From contig CAWBKB010000001.1 of the NCBI GenBank assembly GCA_963789265.1, positions 544,001 to 608,000 of the forward strand: a stretch of DNA of 64,000 nucleotides, written 5' to 3'. The stretch's first letter is position 1. Each line of letters begins with the position of its first letter. Positions 30,625 through 40,902 of this stretch are shown here, in pieces. This stretch comes from an uncultured delta proteobacterium (GTDB taxonomy: Bacteria > Desulfobacterota > Desulfomonilia > Desulfomonilales > Desulfomonilaceae). A program made the translations under genes and the position numbers. The notes below the pieces were generated by a model, which had not been told where the DNA came from, did not search any database, and saw nothing but the letters and a program-made list of their open reading frames with translations.

Positions 30625-32151
30625 TTATACAGGTCCTAGCATTGTTATGAATTCTTGCTCCAGATCGACGTAATGTTCCAAAGCTATGCATGAACGTATA
30701 AATAAAAACAATCGCCTCTTATCAAGTTGCATGAACGCTTTGAAGAGCATGCGCCAAAATTTGATTCTCGTGTTTCGGACGAATCCCCACTGAAACAACG
30801 TGAAAGTGAGTATCTTTATTTCTCCCCATTGCAGCATTGACGCACGAGATCGGACGGGAACCGGGCGCATGGCAAGAAAATGGTTGAAGGCCCTGTCCAG
30901 GAATGTCGAATGCTCATAGAGCGTTGCCATAGCATTGAGGAATTCCCTCTGAATATCTTCCGCGGACCTGGTCGGCACGAAGTTCATTTTGAGATTGTTG
31001 CATTGCAGAAGATCATCCTTTTCCTCGTAAAGGAGACGATCCTCCTCTTTGAGTCTCTTCCACAAAGCCGTCCCGGGATATGCGTAAAGCTGAGCAACTT
31101 CAACCAACGGTATATTATTTCGTGTCACAAATTCAATAAGGCTCTTGTCTCTGCCAGGCTTTTCACCATCCATTCCGATTATAGTCCCAGCCAATATTTG
31201 CAGCCCGGCCTCATTTATTCGCTTGCATGCTTCGTCCAGATCTGCTGTCACATTCTGAAGTTTTCGGGCGATTCTCAGAGCTTCCTTGTCCGTGGATTCT
31301 ATTCCAATGTATACGGTAGTGAATCCGGCACGGACCATCAGATCCATCAATTCCGGTGAGTTGGCAAGGTTGATGGACGCATGAGTAAAGAATTCGAAAG
31401 GTCTGCGATGATTATCCATCCATTCGATCATGCCCTCCAGAACATTCTTTGCCTTACCTGGGTTTCCGATAAAATTGTCGTCTACAATGTAAATTTCTCT
31501 ACGCCAGCCGAGGTCATACAACATCTGCAATTCGTCCACGATTTGGGACGGATCCTTTGTTCTGACCTTTCTCCCAAAAATCAAGGTCGCATCGCAGAAT
31601 TCACACTGAAATGGACACCCTCTGGAAAACTGAATCGCCATGTCCACGTAGGCTTGCATTTCAAGAAGATCGAATCTCGGAATAGGTGACCTGGTAAGAT
31701 CAGCTCGGCGTTTATCTTCGATAACTACTCCAAACTCCCTTTTTTCGAGCTTTTCCAAGAGAATTGGGACTGTGACCTCTCCTTCTCCGACGACCACGAA
31801 ATCCGCGGAGACTTTCAAAAATTCGTCCGGATAATGGAATGCAGCCGGACCTCCCACGGCAACTATCTTCCCTCTTTTCTTGCTCTCGCAGATGACGTCG
31901 ATGAGTCTGCCAAACTGGGGCAGAGTCCCTGTCGTAAAGACTGCTTCACACCAACTCCAGTCTGACTCGGTAATGTCTTGAAACGTTAAATCAATGAGCT
32001 TAATGTTCCAATCTTTCGGCAGGAGGGCAGCCACAGTCAGGAGACCCAGCGGCGGGCTGTAAGCCTTTTTCGATGCCAATCGGATAACCCTATCTTCCTG
32101 GCTTATGCTGAGATTTCGGGGACTTTTGGGGTACACTAATAGGATGTTCAT
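30625..32151 (-). CDS. B12-binding radical SAM protein (DUF4070-type)
   Basis: MNILLVYP...PPLGLLTVAALLP, RGCPFQCEFC (CxxxCxxC), VDDNFIGN, GIES. Confidence 0.9.
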   Translation of the reverse strand: MNILLVYPKSPRNLSISQEDRVIRLASKKAYSPPLGLLTVAALLPKDWNIKLIDLTFQDITESDWSWCEAVFTTGTLPQFGRLIDVICESKKRGKIVAVGGPAAFHYPDEFLKVSADFVVVGEGEVTVPILLEKLEKREFGVVIEDKRRADLTRSPIPRFDLLEMQAYVDMAIQFSRGCPFQCEFCDATLIFGRKVRTKDPSQIVDELQMLYDLGWRREIYIVDDNFIGNPGKAKNVLEGMIEWMDNHRRPFEFFTHASINLANSPELMDLMVRAGFTTVYIGIESTDKEALRIARKLQNVTADLDEACKRINEAGLQILAGTIIGMDGEKPGRDKSLIEFVTRNNIPLVEVAQLYAYPGTALWKRLKEEDRLLYEEKDDLLQCNNLKMNFVPTRSAEDIQREFLNAMATLYEHSTFLDRAFNHFLAMRPVPVRSRASMLQWGEIKILTFTLFQWGFVRNTRIKFWRMLFKAFMQLDKRRLFLFIRSCIALEHYVDLEQEFITMLGPV

Positions 32152-32227
32152 AATATTTCCCCCCTGAAGGTATCCTGAGATCCCTATTCCTGTCAATCTG
32201 CACGCCTTGGCCAATTGTCGGATGGTC

Positions 32228-32292
32228 AAATCCCGGGACACCATACCTAATTGGGGCTACGATCCGCAAATCAAATAAAGTGTCCTCAGATC
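32228..32292 (+). repeat. Repeat family A (REPIN-like imperfect hairpin)
   Basis: AAATCCCGGGACACCATACCTAATTGGGGCTACGATCCGC...GTGTCCTCAGAT. Homologous copies at 41126-41202 and 41947-42025; a right-arm copy at 34882-34903. Confidence 0.75.
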
Positions 32293-32470
32293 TCGCAGAT
32301 ACAAGCTCTGGAGCTCTTTCTCACAACCATGTCCGAAAACGTCTTGCTTCAATAGCGAACTGCCATCAACATAGGACTAGAGCATTGAAATCAACGAGCC
32401 GTAGTCTGAAACACGTGTGGGACAAGAATCGCGCGGGATTTCATGCATCCGCGTGCTGGAGGCTTTAGAC

Positions 32471-33922
32471 ATGATACTTGATAAACGAATCTGCGACAGG
32501 GCGCGGTTGGCGAGAGACCCTCGGTTCGACGGCCTGTTTTTCGTAGGTGTTATGAGCACAGGTATTTATTGCCGGCCGATATGCCCGGCACGTTCGCCTA
32601 AACCGGAGAACATTGTATACTTTGCTTCCGCGGCAGCAGCGGCTGAAGCCGGGTTGCGACCCTGTCTCCGATGCCGGCCCGAGGCGGCACCGGGCAGTCC
32701 GGCCTGGAACGGCACGTCAGCCACGGTTTCCCGGGCCATGTTGCTGATACGTCAGGGTGCATTAAATGAAGGGAGCCTGGAGGACTTGGCCTCGAAACTT
32801 GGTGTGGGCAGTCGTCACCTGCGTCGGTTGTTTCAAACCCATATCGGCGCTTCACCCAAAAGTCTGGCCACGACCCAAAAGATCCTTTTCGGAAAAAAGC
32901 TGCTGAACGAAGCGGATCTGTCCGTCACCCAAATCGCTTTTGCATCAGGGTTCGGCAGCATTCGGCGATTCAATGCAGCGTTCGGCAAGATCTATGGCAC
33001 AACCCCGTCGGCAATTCGAAGGCGGAATATTAGCAACAAGACCTCCGGGGGAGGGCTTTTCCAATGCACGTTGACCTTATCTTACCGCCCGCCCTTTGCT
33101 TGGCAGCGCATGCTGGGATTTTTCGAGTTGCGGGCGATACCGGGTGTGGAATTCGTTGCAGAAGGTGCCTATCGTCGTACCATCAGAATCCACGAGACCA
33201 CCGGCATGATTTCTGTGGCCCACTCGGCAAAAGAAAACGCACTGCTGCTGACAGTGGCCCTGCCGGACAGCCGCGACCTGATGTCCACAGTTGAGAGGGT
33301 GCGGCGCATGTTTGACCTGGATGCTAATATCACAGCCATTCATGACGTCTTAGCCGCAGACCCCGTGCTTGAAAAGTTAGTGGCCAAACATCCCGGCCTC
33401 AGGTTGCCCGGCTCCTGGGATCCTTTTGAAACAGCCATACGGGGAGTTGTGGGCCAGCAGGTCTCAGTCAAGGGAGCCCGCACTATTCTCGGACGCATCG
33501 CTGCAAAAGCAGGGCCGAGCTTTGAATCCGCGGATAATCCGGAACTCACGCACTTGTTCCCAACCGCGCACGAGTTGAACACTTGCGATCTGCGAGGGAT
33601 CGGTATGCCCGGAACGCGGCTCCGGACCGTCAAAGCGCTGGCGGAAGAAGTGCATCGCGAAAGACTCTCTTTTGTGGTGAAAGGGTCCCTCTCGGAATTC
33701 ATTGAACAATTGACTCGGATTCCCGGTATAGGCGACTGGACGGCCCAATACATTGCCATGCGGGGAATGAGTGAACCCGACGCCTTTCCAGCCGGCGATC
33801 TGGGCATCGTCAAGGCGTTGCGGCAGGGCGACAAACGGATTACCCCGAAACAAATCTTGCAAAGAGCTGACAAATGGCGCCCGTGGCGTGCTTACGCGGC
33901 CATGTATCTGTGGCAGGGCTAA
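32471..33922 (+). CDS. alkA: Ada-N / AraC / AlkA DNA-3-methyladenine glycosylase fusion
   Basis: RDPRFDG, TGIYCRPICP, RPCLRCRP, AraC HTH, GQQVSV, HhH motif IPGIGDWTAQY, WRPWRAYA. Confidence 0.93.
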   Translation: MILDKRICDRARLARDPRFDGLFFVGVMSTGIYCRPICPARSPKPENIVYFASAAAAAEAGLRPCLRCRPEAAPGSPAWNGTSATVSRAMLLIRQGALNEGSLEDLASKLGVGSRHLRRLFQTHIGASPKSLATTQKILFGKKLLNEADLSVTQIAFASGFGSIRRFNAAFGKIYGTTPSAIRRRNISNKTSGGGLFQCTLTLSYRPPFAWQRMLGFFELRAIPGVEFVAEGAYRRTIRIHETTGMISVAHSAKENALLLTVALPDSRDLMSTVERVRRMFDLDANITAIHDVLAADPVLEKLVAKHPGLRLPGSWDPFETAIRGVVGQQVSVKGARTILGRIAAKAGPSFESADNPELTHLFPTAHELNTCDLRGIGMPGTRLRTVKALAEEVHRERLSFVVKGSLSEFIEQLTRIPGIGDWTAQYIAMRGMSEPDAFPAGDLGIVKALRQGDKRITPKQILQRADKWRPWRAYAAMYLWQG

Positions 33923-33950
33923 AAGGTAAACGTTCCGCGGGAAGAAGGAT

Positions 33951-34126
33951 TCACCGCAGAGCACTCGGAGAACGCAGAGAGAATAGATGCTCATGATAAC
34001 AATGGTTGAGGTGCCTGGATGACTTTTTGGGGCGGAAATTGATTCTGAATGAAACAGGTTCATCCTGCCATGCATTTCTCGGCAGAATGAAGGAGAAGGA
34101 AATTTCTCTGCGATCTCTGCGGTGAA
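33951..34126. repeat. Palindromic intergenic element
   Basis: TTCACCGCAGAG...ACGCAGAGA at the left end and TCTCTGCG...CTCTGCGGTGAA at the right end. Confidence 0.55.
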
Positions 34127-34151
34127 TAACTATGCTAAAGGAGGCAGCATA

Positions 34152-34655
34152 ATGTTTTACGACTATTTTGAAACCGGTTTGATCGGGACTCTGACTCTTG
34201 TGGGAGACGAAGAGGGTCTGCGGCACATCCTTTTTCCAAAGGAGAAAAATCCCATCACGATCCGGGCCGATTGGAAAAAGAAGCACGGATTCTTTGCGCC
34301 GGTCAAAGCTCAATTGCGGGCCTATTTCAATGGTGAATTGAAACAATTCGATCTCGTGCTGGCTCCTGTGGGGACTCCGTTTCAGCTCAAAGTATGGCAG
34401 GCATTACGCACCATCCCCTACGGAGAGCTGGCCAGCTACAAATCCATTGCTGAAGCTATCGGCAACCCAAAAGCGGTCAGGGCCGTGGGCGCAGCCAACG
34501 GGCGAAACCCCATTCCCATCGTCGTGCCGTGCCACCGTTGTATCGGCAGCGACGGCTCTCTGGTTGGTTTCGGCGGCGGCCTGGACACCAAGAAGCGCCT
34601 CATTGATCTGGAACGGTCTAATGTTGGCGGGCCTTGTAGCCAGGTGGCGGAATAA
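34152..34655 (+). CDS. ogt: Methylated-DNA--protein-cysteine methyltransferase
   Basis: GTPFQLKVW, IPYGE, RAVGAANGRNPIPIVVPCHR. Confidence 0.95.
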   Translation: MFYDYFETGLIGTLTLVGDEEGLRHILFPKEKNPITIRADWKKKHGFFAPVKAQLRAYFNGELKQFDLVLAPVGTPFQLKVWQALRTIPYGELASYKSIAEAIGNPKAVRAVGAANGRNPIPIVVPCHRCIGSDGSLVGFGGGLDTKKRLIDLERSNVGGPCSQVAE

Positions 34656-34685
34656 ACCACCGGGGGGCTGCGTGGATGTCAAATT

Positions 34686-34847
34686 TCAAGACCTGATCCG
34701 GCTACGTTTGACTCGGCGACGTTGAGCCATCAAATCAATATAGACGCCGTAGGTCTCATGACGAAAAAAGGCCGGTAGTCTGTGATTGCCGCGCTGTATA
34801 ACGTGATGAGGCATTCCCGGAGCGACCACTCGTGCTACTTGACCCAT
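34686..34847 (-). pseudogene. Truncated REP-associated tyrosine transposase (RAYT) N-terminus
   Basis: Manual translation MGQVARVVAPGMPHHVIQRGNHRLPAFF resembles the RAYT/Y1 N-terminal HHVxQRGN motif. Bracketed by repeat A (34882) and repeat B (34651). Confidence 0.75.
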
Positions 34848-35465
34848 AACCGAATCTTGGAAAATCAGACCCGTTAGGCAACAATTAGGTATGGTGTACC
34901 CGGGACTCTGCCTACCTGGAACTCAATGCTTTCAACCAAGGTTATAAGGGAGACATCGCTAATGAGGTTTAGAGAACAGACTCAACTCACCAATATCAAG
35001 CCTGGTATAAATCTTCAACATGCACAACTGTAAGTGTCGTCAGTGCACATACGTAGTTGACGTCGAGCAGCTACATCTGATAGACATTTGAGATGCACCC
35101 AAGGAAATGGGGTGGTAGGGCCATTTTTGCATAAGAGAAGTGACGGGCAACCGGAAACATTCCGATTGGCTGCTCTACGTTCAGTTAAGTATGCTCAGGC
35201 AGAGAATAAAATTGGCTTTTCGGCACCGTCGTGAGAATTTTGGATCTGACGACCAGGGGAGGAGATGGGCCCCCTTTTCGCGGTCAACGCGGCCACGTTT
35301 CGCCCAGTCTGCGGTTCAAGGAACATTGGATTCGCAAAACCGGCCTATAATTGTGAGTAATGATGAACCGCGATCTCCGGGGAGGGAAAATTCGGGGTAA
35401 TGCGACGGCCAATTAGACTCCAAAAACATAGGCGATAATTCACCTCGTTGAAGGAGGAGGCAAAA

Positions 35466-36035
35466 ATGAAGATTGCAAGCGTATTGGGCAGCCCCCGCCC
35501 GAAAAAGGGCAACACGGCAAAGGTTCTAGGGTGGGTCGAAGAACAACTAAGGGTGAATGGTCACTTCGTTGATCGTATCAACATAACAGACAAAAAGGTG
35601 AATGGCTGCAAAGAATGCTACACGTGTCAAGGTATTCCCGACGAGCCGGGCTGTCCCCAAGAGGATGACGCAAAGGAAATCTTTGAGCGACTAATCGCTT
35701 CCGACCTCATACTGTTGGCCTCGCCACTTTTTTGCTGGGGCTTCTCTTCGCAAATCAAGCCGTTAATAGACCGTTGTTTCTGTCTAGTTACAGGTTACGG
35801 AACTCCGAAATGGAAGTCGCTCCTTGAAGGAAAACGAGCTGGGCTTCTGGTAACGTGCGCGGGTCCTATCGAAGAAAACGCGGACCTCGTGGTGAAGATG
35901 TTCAACAGGCTGATGGAGTACACGAAATGCAGCGTCCCTGGAACCCTTGTAATACCGTTTGCGACCACACCTGATGCCATGGGCGAGGAAATCAAGGCGC
36001 AAGCCGTGAAATTTGCCCACAAGTTCAGGTCCTGA
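35466..36035 (+). CDS. Flavodoxin-family / iron-sulfur flavoprotein (NADPH-dependent FMN reductase)
   Basis: GSPR..GNT, CKECYTC...C, ASPLF, KPLIDR. Confidence 0.88.
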   Translation: MKIASVLGSPRPKKGNTAKVLGWVEEQLRVNGHFVDRINITDKKVNGCKECYTCQGIPDEPGCPQEDDAKEIFERLIASDLILLASPLFCWGFSSQIKPLIDRCFCLVTGYGTPKWKSLLEGKRAGLLVTCAGPIEENADLVVKMFNRLMEYTKCSVPGTLVIPFATTPDAMGEEIKAQAVKFAHKFRS

Positions 36036-36164
36036 AATGCCATTAAAGGTCGCACGGAAATTACAATATGCTTCAGTCAAATTCAGGTAACAACTGTCTG
36101 TGCGGATAAGCCATCATAGATTAGCGTCGATCTCAAATTTCAAGGCCTTTTAATGGGTGACCCC
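36025..36164 (+). repeat. Repeat family B, full ~140-bp copy
   Basis: Aligns with 36984-37125 (TGAAATGCCA..GGTCGCAC.GAAATT..CTTCAG..GTAACAAC..GATAAG.CATC..TCAAAT). Contains the stop codon of the flavodoxin gene. Confidence 0.75.
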
Positions 36165-36184
36165 CTGCTTTTTCTTTCTCATAA

Positions 36185-36853
36185 TTATTTCTTCTCTTTA
36201 AGTCGTTTGCGGCGAGCAAGTTCGGCATCAGTGGGAGTCTCAAGCGCGAACGATCCTGTCTTGACTTCGCCGGCGCGTGCGTACGAGGCAATGATCACTC
36301 CGGTAGGCGAAGTCTTGCTCTCAAGCAACTTGAATCCAACCGGAATTGTCCCTTCCGCGAATAAGCGCTTGCCCCTGCCCAGAGTAATGGGGAATATTTT
36401 CAGCCAAAGCTCATCGACCAGGTCATGCTTCAAAAGCGTTTGAATGAGATTGCCGCTGCCGTGAACTTGTATTTCGGGTCCGTCCTGCTCCTTAAGCTTT
36501 TTAACTTCCTTCGCGACATCTCCCTTGAGGAGTTCGGAATTTCTCCAGTCAAGCTTTTTCAGCGTCTTCGAAGCTACATATTTCTTTGCGTTATTAATTC
36601 CGGCTGCAAAGGGATCTTCATTGGTCTTCACATACGGCCAGTGGGCTGCGAATATCTCGTACGTCTCTCTTCCGAGCAATAAATGAAAAGGTTTACTCAT
36701 TTGCTCGACCATCACTTTGCCAATGAAGTCATCAAAGTAACCGGCAACCCAGCCGCCGTGCTTGAACCCCGCCGTGGGATCTTCTTCAGGCCCGCCCGGA
36801 GCCTGCATCACGCCGTCAAGGGTTATGAATGACAAAACAACAAGTTTTCTCAT
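36185..36853 (-). CDS. Dihydrofolate reductase / RibD C-terminal family protein
   Basis: MRKLVV..FITLDGVMQAPGG, LLLGRETY, GSGNLIQTL, LVDE, LGRGKRLF. Confidence 0.9.
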   Translation of the reverse strand: MRKLVVLSFITLDGVMQAPGGPEEDPTAGFKHGGWVAGYFDDFIGKVMVEQMSKPFHLLLGRETYEIFAAHWPYVKTNEDPFAAGINNAKKYVASKTLKKLDWRNSELLKGDVAKEVKKLKEQDGPEIQVHGSGNLIQTLLKHDLVDELWLKIFPITLGRGKRLFAEGTIPVGFKLLESKTSPTGVIIASYARAGEVKTGSFALETPTDAELARRKRLKEKK

Positions 36854-36983
36854 ATACTACCTCACTTTAAAACCCGACATCTGAGATGCGTCCTGCCCGC
36901 TGGAAGTTCCACCACTTTTATTCTTCCCACCTTAATTGATCTATTGCCTATATTTTCAAATGGCCGAAACCCCACATGATTTT

Positions 36984-37125
36984 GGGGTCAGATCTTGAAA
37001 TGCCAGTATAGGTCGCACAGAAATTTAAATATACTTCAGCCATATTCAAGTAACAACACTCTGTTCAGATAAGGCATCTGAGATTCGAATTAATGTCAAA
37101 TATTCAAGAATCAAGATCTGCCCCC
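36984..37125 (+). repeat. Repeat family B, full copy with terminal inverted repeats
   Basis: GGGGTCAGATCTTGA...TCAAGATCTGCCCC. Right-half copies at 34651-34699, 38708-38757 and 42028-42077. Confidence 0.8.
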
Positions 37126-37370
37126 ATGCTTGTGCATTGGACTATAGACCTATCCGAAGACCGGCCCAAGAAATTGTGCTTGACTACAGGAACTATCGAG
37201 GGGTACTCTCGCAAAGGTCGAATAATAATCTCTTTTGACAATGTAAACCTCGTCGGGCTAGGTGGAGTGCGTCGCTTTCCGGGGGGCAAGGGAACCATTC
37301 TGTCTCCCTAAAGCAGTCCAAGAAACCCAAAATGCCAAGTCCATCGCATAATTAAGGGTCCAGTGTTGCA

Positions 37371-38327
37371 ATGGAAGTCCACGACATCCACGATTTTGTA
37401 GTATCATCCCAGCGGATGATAGAGGATGAATATGCACGAATCCAGAAACGAGCAACGGAAGACCCAGGAACTGCCGGGGACCAGGGGGAGGAGAACTGGG
37501 CCTCACTATTGAGGCTTTGGCTGCCTTCATATTTTCATATAGTGACAAAGGGACGGATATTGACTGAGTCGGGCTATGCTAGTCCCCAAGTCGATCTGAT
37601 AGTATTGATGCCATCGTACCCCAAAATTCTACAAGATAAAAAGCTGTATCTTGCCGGAGGTGTTGCGGCAGCATTTGAGTGCAAGACAACCCTGAAAGCA
37701 GATCACATCAGAGCGGCTTTGAAAACTAGCTCAGCACTTAGGCAAAATATTCCAAGACGCCAAGGAAGCCCATACAAGGAATTGAATTCAACCACCATTT
37801 ATGGGTTGCTCGCTCACTCGCACTCTTGGAAAGGTTCGAAATCCACACCAGTCGAGAACATAACTGGGACTCTTCTGGAATCTGATCTTGAATTCGTGCA
37901 CCATCCGGTCGAGTGTCTTGATTTCATCTGTGTGGCCGACCTTGCCACTTGGTCAGTAATGAAACACACCTATATTGGTCCAAGCATCGACCCCAGTTAT
38001 TCAGACGAGATGGTCACCAAGTACGGCAAAGAAGGGAGTGCCCAGTCCGTATATATGTGCGGTGCAATTCAAGGGGATAGGCAAGAGGCTTTCTTGTCGC
38101 CACTCGGTGCTTTGCTTTCCGGTCTATACACTAAACTGGCATGGACGTTCCCCGACATGCGAAATTTGGAGGAATACTTCCGAAAGGTGAACCTCCGAGG
38201 AAGCGGTGAAGGCAGGGCACGTATCTGGGACTTGTCAATTTATTCCGACAAGGTCAGACAGCGGGTCTGCAATGGGATGCTGGCCGGCGGAAATCTCTTC
38301 GATGAGTGGGCCATATTTTTTTTCTAG
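37371..38327 (+). CDS. DUF6602-like PD-(D/E)xK nuclease-fold protein
   Basis: DPGTAGDQGEENW, SPQVDLIV, VAAAFECKTTL (D...ExK catalytic pattern). Confidence 0.65.
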   Translation: MEVHDIHDFVVSSQRMIEDEYARIQKRATEDPGTAGDQGEENWASLLRLWLPSYFHIVTKGRILTESGYASPQVDLIVLMPSYPKILQDKKLYLAGGVAAAFECKTTLKADHIRAALKTSSALRQNIPRRQGSPYKELNSTTIYGLLAHSHSWKGSKSTPVENITGTLLESDLEFVHHPVECLDFICVADLATWSVMKHTYIGPSIDPSYSDEMVTKYGKEGSAQSVYMCGAIQGDRQEAFLSPLGALLSGLYTKLAWTFPDMRNLEEYFRKVNLRGSGEGRARIWDLSIYSDKVRQRVCNGMLAGGNLFDEWAIFFF

Positions 38328-38416
38328 AGCGCCTTACCATCCGTCACCCCGGATGGCGAAGCCATATTACGAATGCCCGAAAAGAGAAAGGGGAAAGGGT
38401 TGGAAAGGGGTCAGGA

Positions 38417-38505
38417 AAGGGGTCAGATCTATTCTTGACTCATTTTCGAACCGCTTCACAGCGAGCGACTCGCACAATATGAGTCAAGAGTAGACGTGAC
38501 CCCTT
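38417..38505. repeat. REPIN-like 27-bp inverted repeat
   Basis: AAGGGGTCAGATCTATTCTTGACTCAT...ATGAGTCAAGAGTAGACGTGACCCCTT (3 mismatches). Confidence 0.8.
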
Positions 38506-38520
38506 GCACAAACTTTTGTG

Positions 38521-38684
38521 GTAACATGAGTTCATGTCAAGAACCGCACGAGCTTCTGTCGGTGAGGTCTACTACCACGTGTTGAACTGCGGCAATGCGC
38601 GCCAAGAGGTCTTTCATCAGGGATTCGCGCTTCGGCCTCGCGGACGGCCAAGAACGGACCCGAAAAAGTGGCATGTCCACTTTT
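38521..38684 (+). mobile_element. Internally deleted RAYT derivative, copy 1
   Basis: ATG 38534: MSRTARASVGEVYYHVLNCGNARQEVFH, fused directly to a RAYT-like tail (ALRPRGRPR), then AAAAGTGGCATGTCCACTTTT. Confidence 0.7.
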
Positions 38685-38961
38685 CCCCCAGGTGAAACCG
38701 GACGGCTCAAATAAGGCATCGGAGTTCGCGAGGATGTCAAATTCCGAGACCTGGCCACCTGCTTGCTGGGCTACGTCCCGTGATGGGGATAGCCCGGGAC
38801 CAAAATGCTCGATAGAGAAGCCATAGGGGGATGCTATTTAAGGGCAGCCCACAAGTCAACAACAAATCAGTGTTGTGTTCCGGGAATTCGCCCAGCTTTT
38901 CATATGACTTGTCTCTCATCAGTATCCCGCTAAAATCAGTGATGAGGAATGGAGGCGACAC

Positions 38962-40230
38962 GTGCTGCGATCAGACATTTCAGATTGGGTTGTGCATTTT
39001 GTTCATAGGAGAAATCCTGACAATTTGATTTACGATAATGGTGGTGAGATAATCTCATTGCCAATCGCGTATGCGAAGGGAAAAGCTATTTTCGCAGGAG
39101 ATTGGGATTATGACGATAAGGATTACGGAATTGAAGACGACGCGTATGCATTCGCAGTTCTCCTCAAAATTCTCGATGATGGACATATCCGAGCCAATTG
39201 GTCGTATCGGAATGGCAAACCTACCATTTATGGGCCACGAGCCGCTGTGTGTTTCACTGAAATGCCTCTCTATGCTCTTATGGATTATGCCCAGTGGAGA
39301 GATAATGAATACGCGGTTGATTTCTACGGGGTAGCGGTTCTTAGAGATGAACTCTTTAGGTTTGGAGGACGTCCAGCAATTTACGGGTTATCTTCATCTC
39401 ACAAAGAGGCAACAGAAGGAGATCCTTATTACCGTTACGGTGGCCGGACATTGGCATACGAGTGTGGCATTGCTCCACACGAACAGTACAGATATGTATC
39501 GACTCGTCTCGGATGTTCATCACGAATTGATTGGACTCACGAACGAGAATGGCGTTGGACAAAAGATTTCAAGAATGATTTGTTTGATATTCCTGGATTA
39601 CCATTATGGTTAGCAGATGGCGGAGTGCAATTTAGCTCGATACTGATAATCGTTTCCAATTCGGAAGAAGTATCGATGTTTCTGGATAAAATGAAGGAAT
39701 ACCACGACAGCGGATCCAATAACTATGACCTCCAATTCAACCGGGATATTTTGAGAAATACGCGGGTGATTTCATTAGAAGAGATTTCTGATGCGCGTAA
39801 GAAAAAGGCAGATCTTCGAGTAGACGATTTGCCTTTCCATTCTTTGCCAAGAATTTCTCCAAGAAAACCCTCAACTCAGATGCTTGATCGAGTAAGGACC
39901 GCAATGTCCGAGGCTCAGAAAAAAGCAGAGGAGGCAGCGAAAGACTTTATCGCAAAATTACCCAGAGACGAACAAGGTAGATTAATGCAGGTGTACTTCG
40001 GATTTGCCACGGTGGTTACTTACGAATCGCACACTGAATGTACAGAAGCATTACTCCAACTTGGTTATGCTAAACCGATCGGAGGACTTGGCTACCTCAT
40101 CTATGTGGCTACAGAAGGAGTTTCGAGTGAAGGACAATTGAATGTAGCCGAAGCGGGCGCTTATGAGGCCGCAAGAATTCTTACTGATCGTTTAGGACAG
40201 CCTTTTTTCGTGACGTCTCGACTAGACTGA
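38962..40230 (+). CDS. DUF4427/AbiGi-like protein, candidate defence gene
   Basis: RSDISDWVVHF, TIYGPRAAVCFTEMPL, YGVA, WTHEREWR. Visibly AT-richer than neighbouring genes. Confidence 0.6.
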   Translation: MLRSDISDWVVHFVHRRNPDNLIYDNGGEIISLPIAYAKGKAIFAGDWDYDDKDYGIEDDAYAFAVLLKILDDGHIRANWSYRNGKPTIYGPRAAVCFTEMPLYALMDYAQWRDNEYAVDFYGVAVLRDELFRFGGRPAIYGLSSSHKEATEGDPYYRYGGRTLAYECGIAPHEQYRYVSTRLGCSSRIDWTHEREWRWTKDFKNDLFDIPGLPLWLADGGVQFSSILIIVSNSEEVSMFLDKMKEYHDSGSNNYDLQFNRDILRNTRVISLEEISDARKKKADLRVDDLPFHSLPRISPRKPSTQMLDRVRTAMSEAQKKAEEAAKDFIAKLPRDEQGRLMQVYFGFATVVTYESHTECTEALLQLGYAKPIGGLGYLIYVATEGVSSEGQLNVAEAGAYEAARILTDRLGQPFFVTSRLD

Positions 40231-40255
40231 TTGATCCTCGCGTAACGCAACACAA

Positions 40256-40420
40256 GAAAAAGGGACATTCCTCTTTTCTGTTGCTCTGACAGGCTATTGT
40301 AGTAACACGAATTTACGCCGGGGACCGCACGAGCTTCAGTCAGTGAGGTCTATTACCACGTGTTGAACCGAGGCAATGCTCGCCGCGAGGTCTTTCATCA
40401 GGCATTCGCGCTTCGGCCTC
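40256..40420 (+). mobile_element. Internally deleted RAYT derivative, copy 2
   Basis: 40302-40420 is colinear with 38521-38639 and shares the junction GTCTTTCATCAGG.ATTCGCGCTTCGGCCTC. Preceded by AAAAAGGGACATTCCTCTTTT. Confidence 0.7.
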
Positions 40421-40425
40421 TGAAT

Positions 40426-40902
40426 TCATGACCTTTCTTCAAACTCGTAAAGCTTCTCCACAGCGAACTCAAGATATTTCGCGCATTTCTCCTTCCAAAT
40501 TCCGGAAACAAGAAATTTCTGGTACTGGCCGGGTTTGGAAAAATCCATTCCAATAAGGTCCAAGCAGTTGATGTGGCCAAAGGTGTCTCTGAAGTTCTTG
40601 ACCAACTTAGCGGCGTGAAGACGTATGATAGCTCGCGACTCTTTCGCCTTTTCCTTATCCGCAAGGGAACACCGATGCCTCAGCGCAAGGGACACGGAGG
40701 ACGCGGACACTGCACCACACGGCGCTTGCTGCTGTCCACTTATGCCGCCCATGAAGGGGATGCAGGTCCAGAGAAAATCTTCGTTTTCCAGGCCATAAGT
40801 CTCCCACATAACTTGCAGGACTGCCGGCCCTCAATGATAGCCCGTTGTCATGAGTTCCGTAACACGGGCCTTTGCTTGATCGAGAGATATCTTTGTCGGC
40901 AT
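40426..40902 (-). CDS. C_GCAxxG_C_C family redox protein with in-frame UGA (probable selenocysteine)
   Basis: RBS GGAGG, ATG 40902, ...TTGYH-TGA-GPAVLQVMWE, in frame with PCGAVSA, FGHINC and KEKC. A SECIS-like hairpin follows the TGA. Confidence 0.8.
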
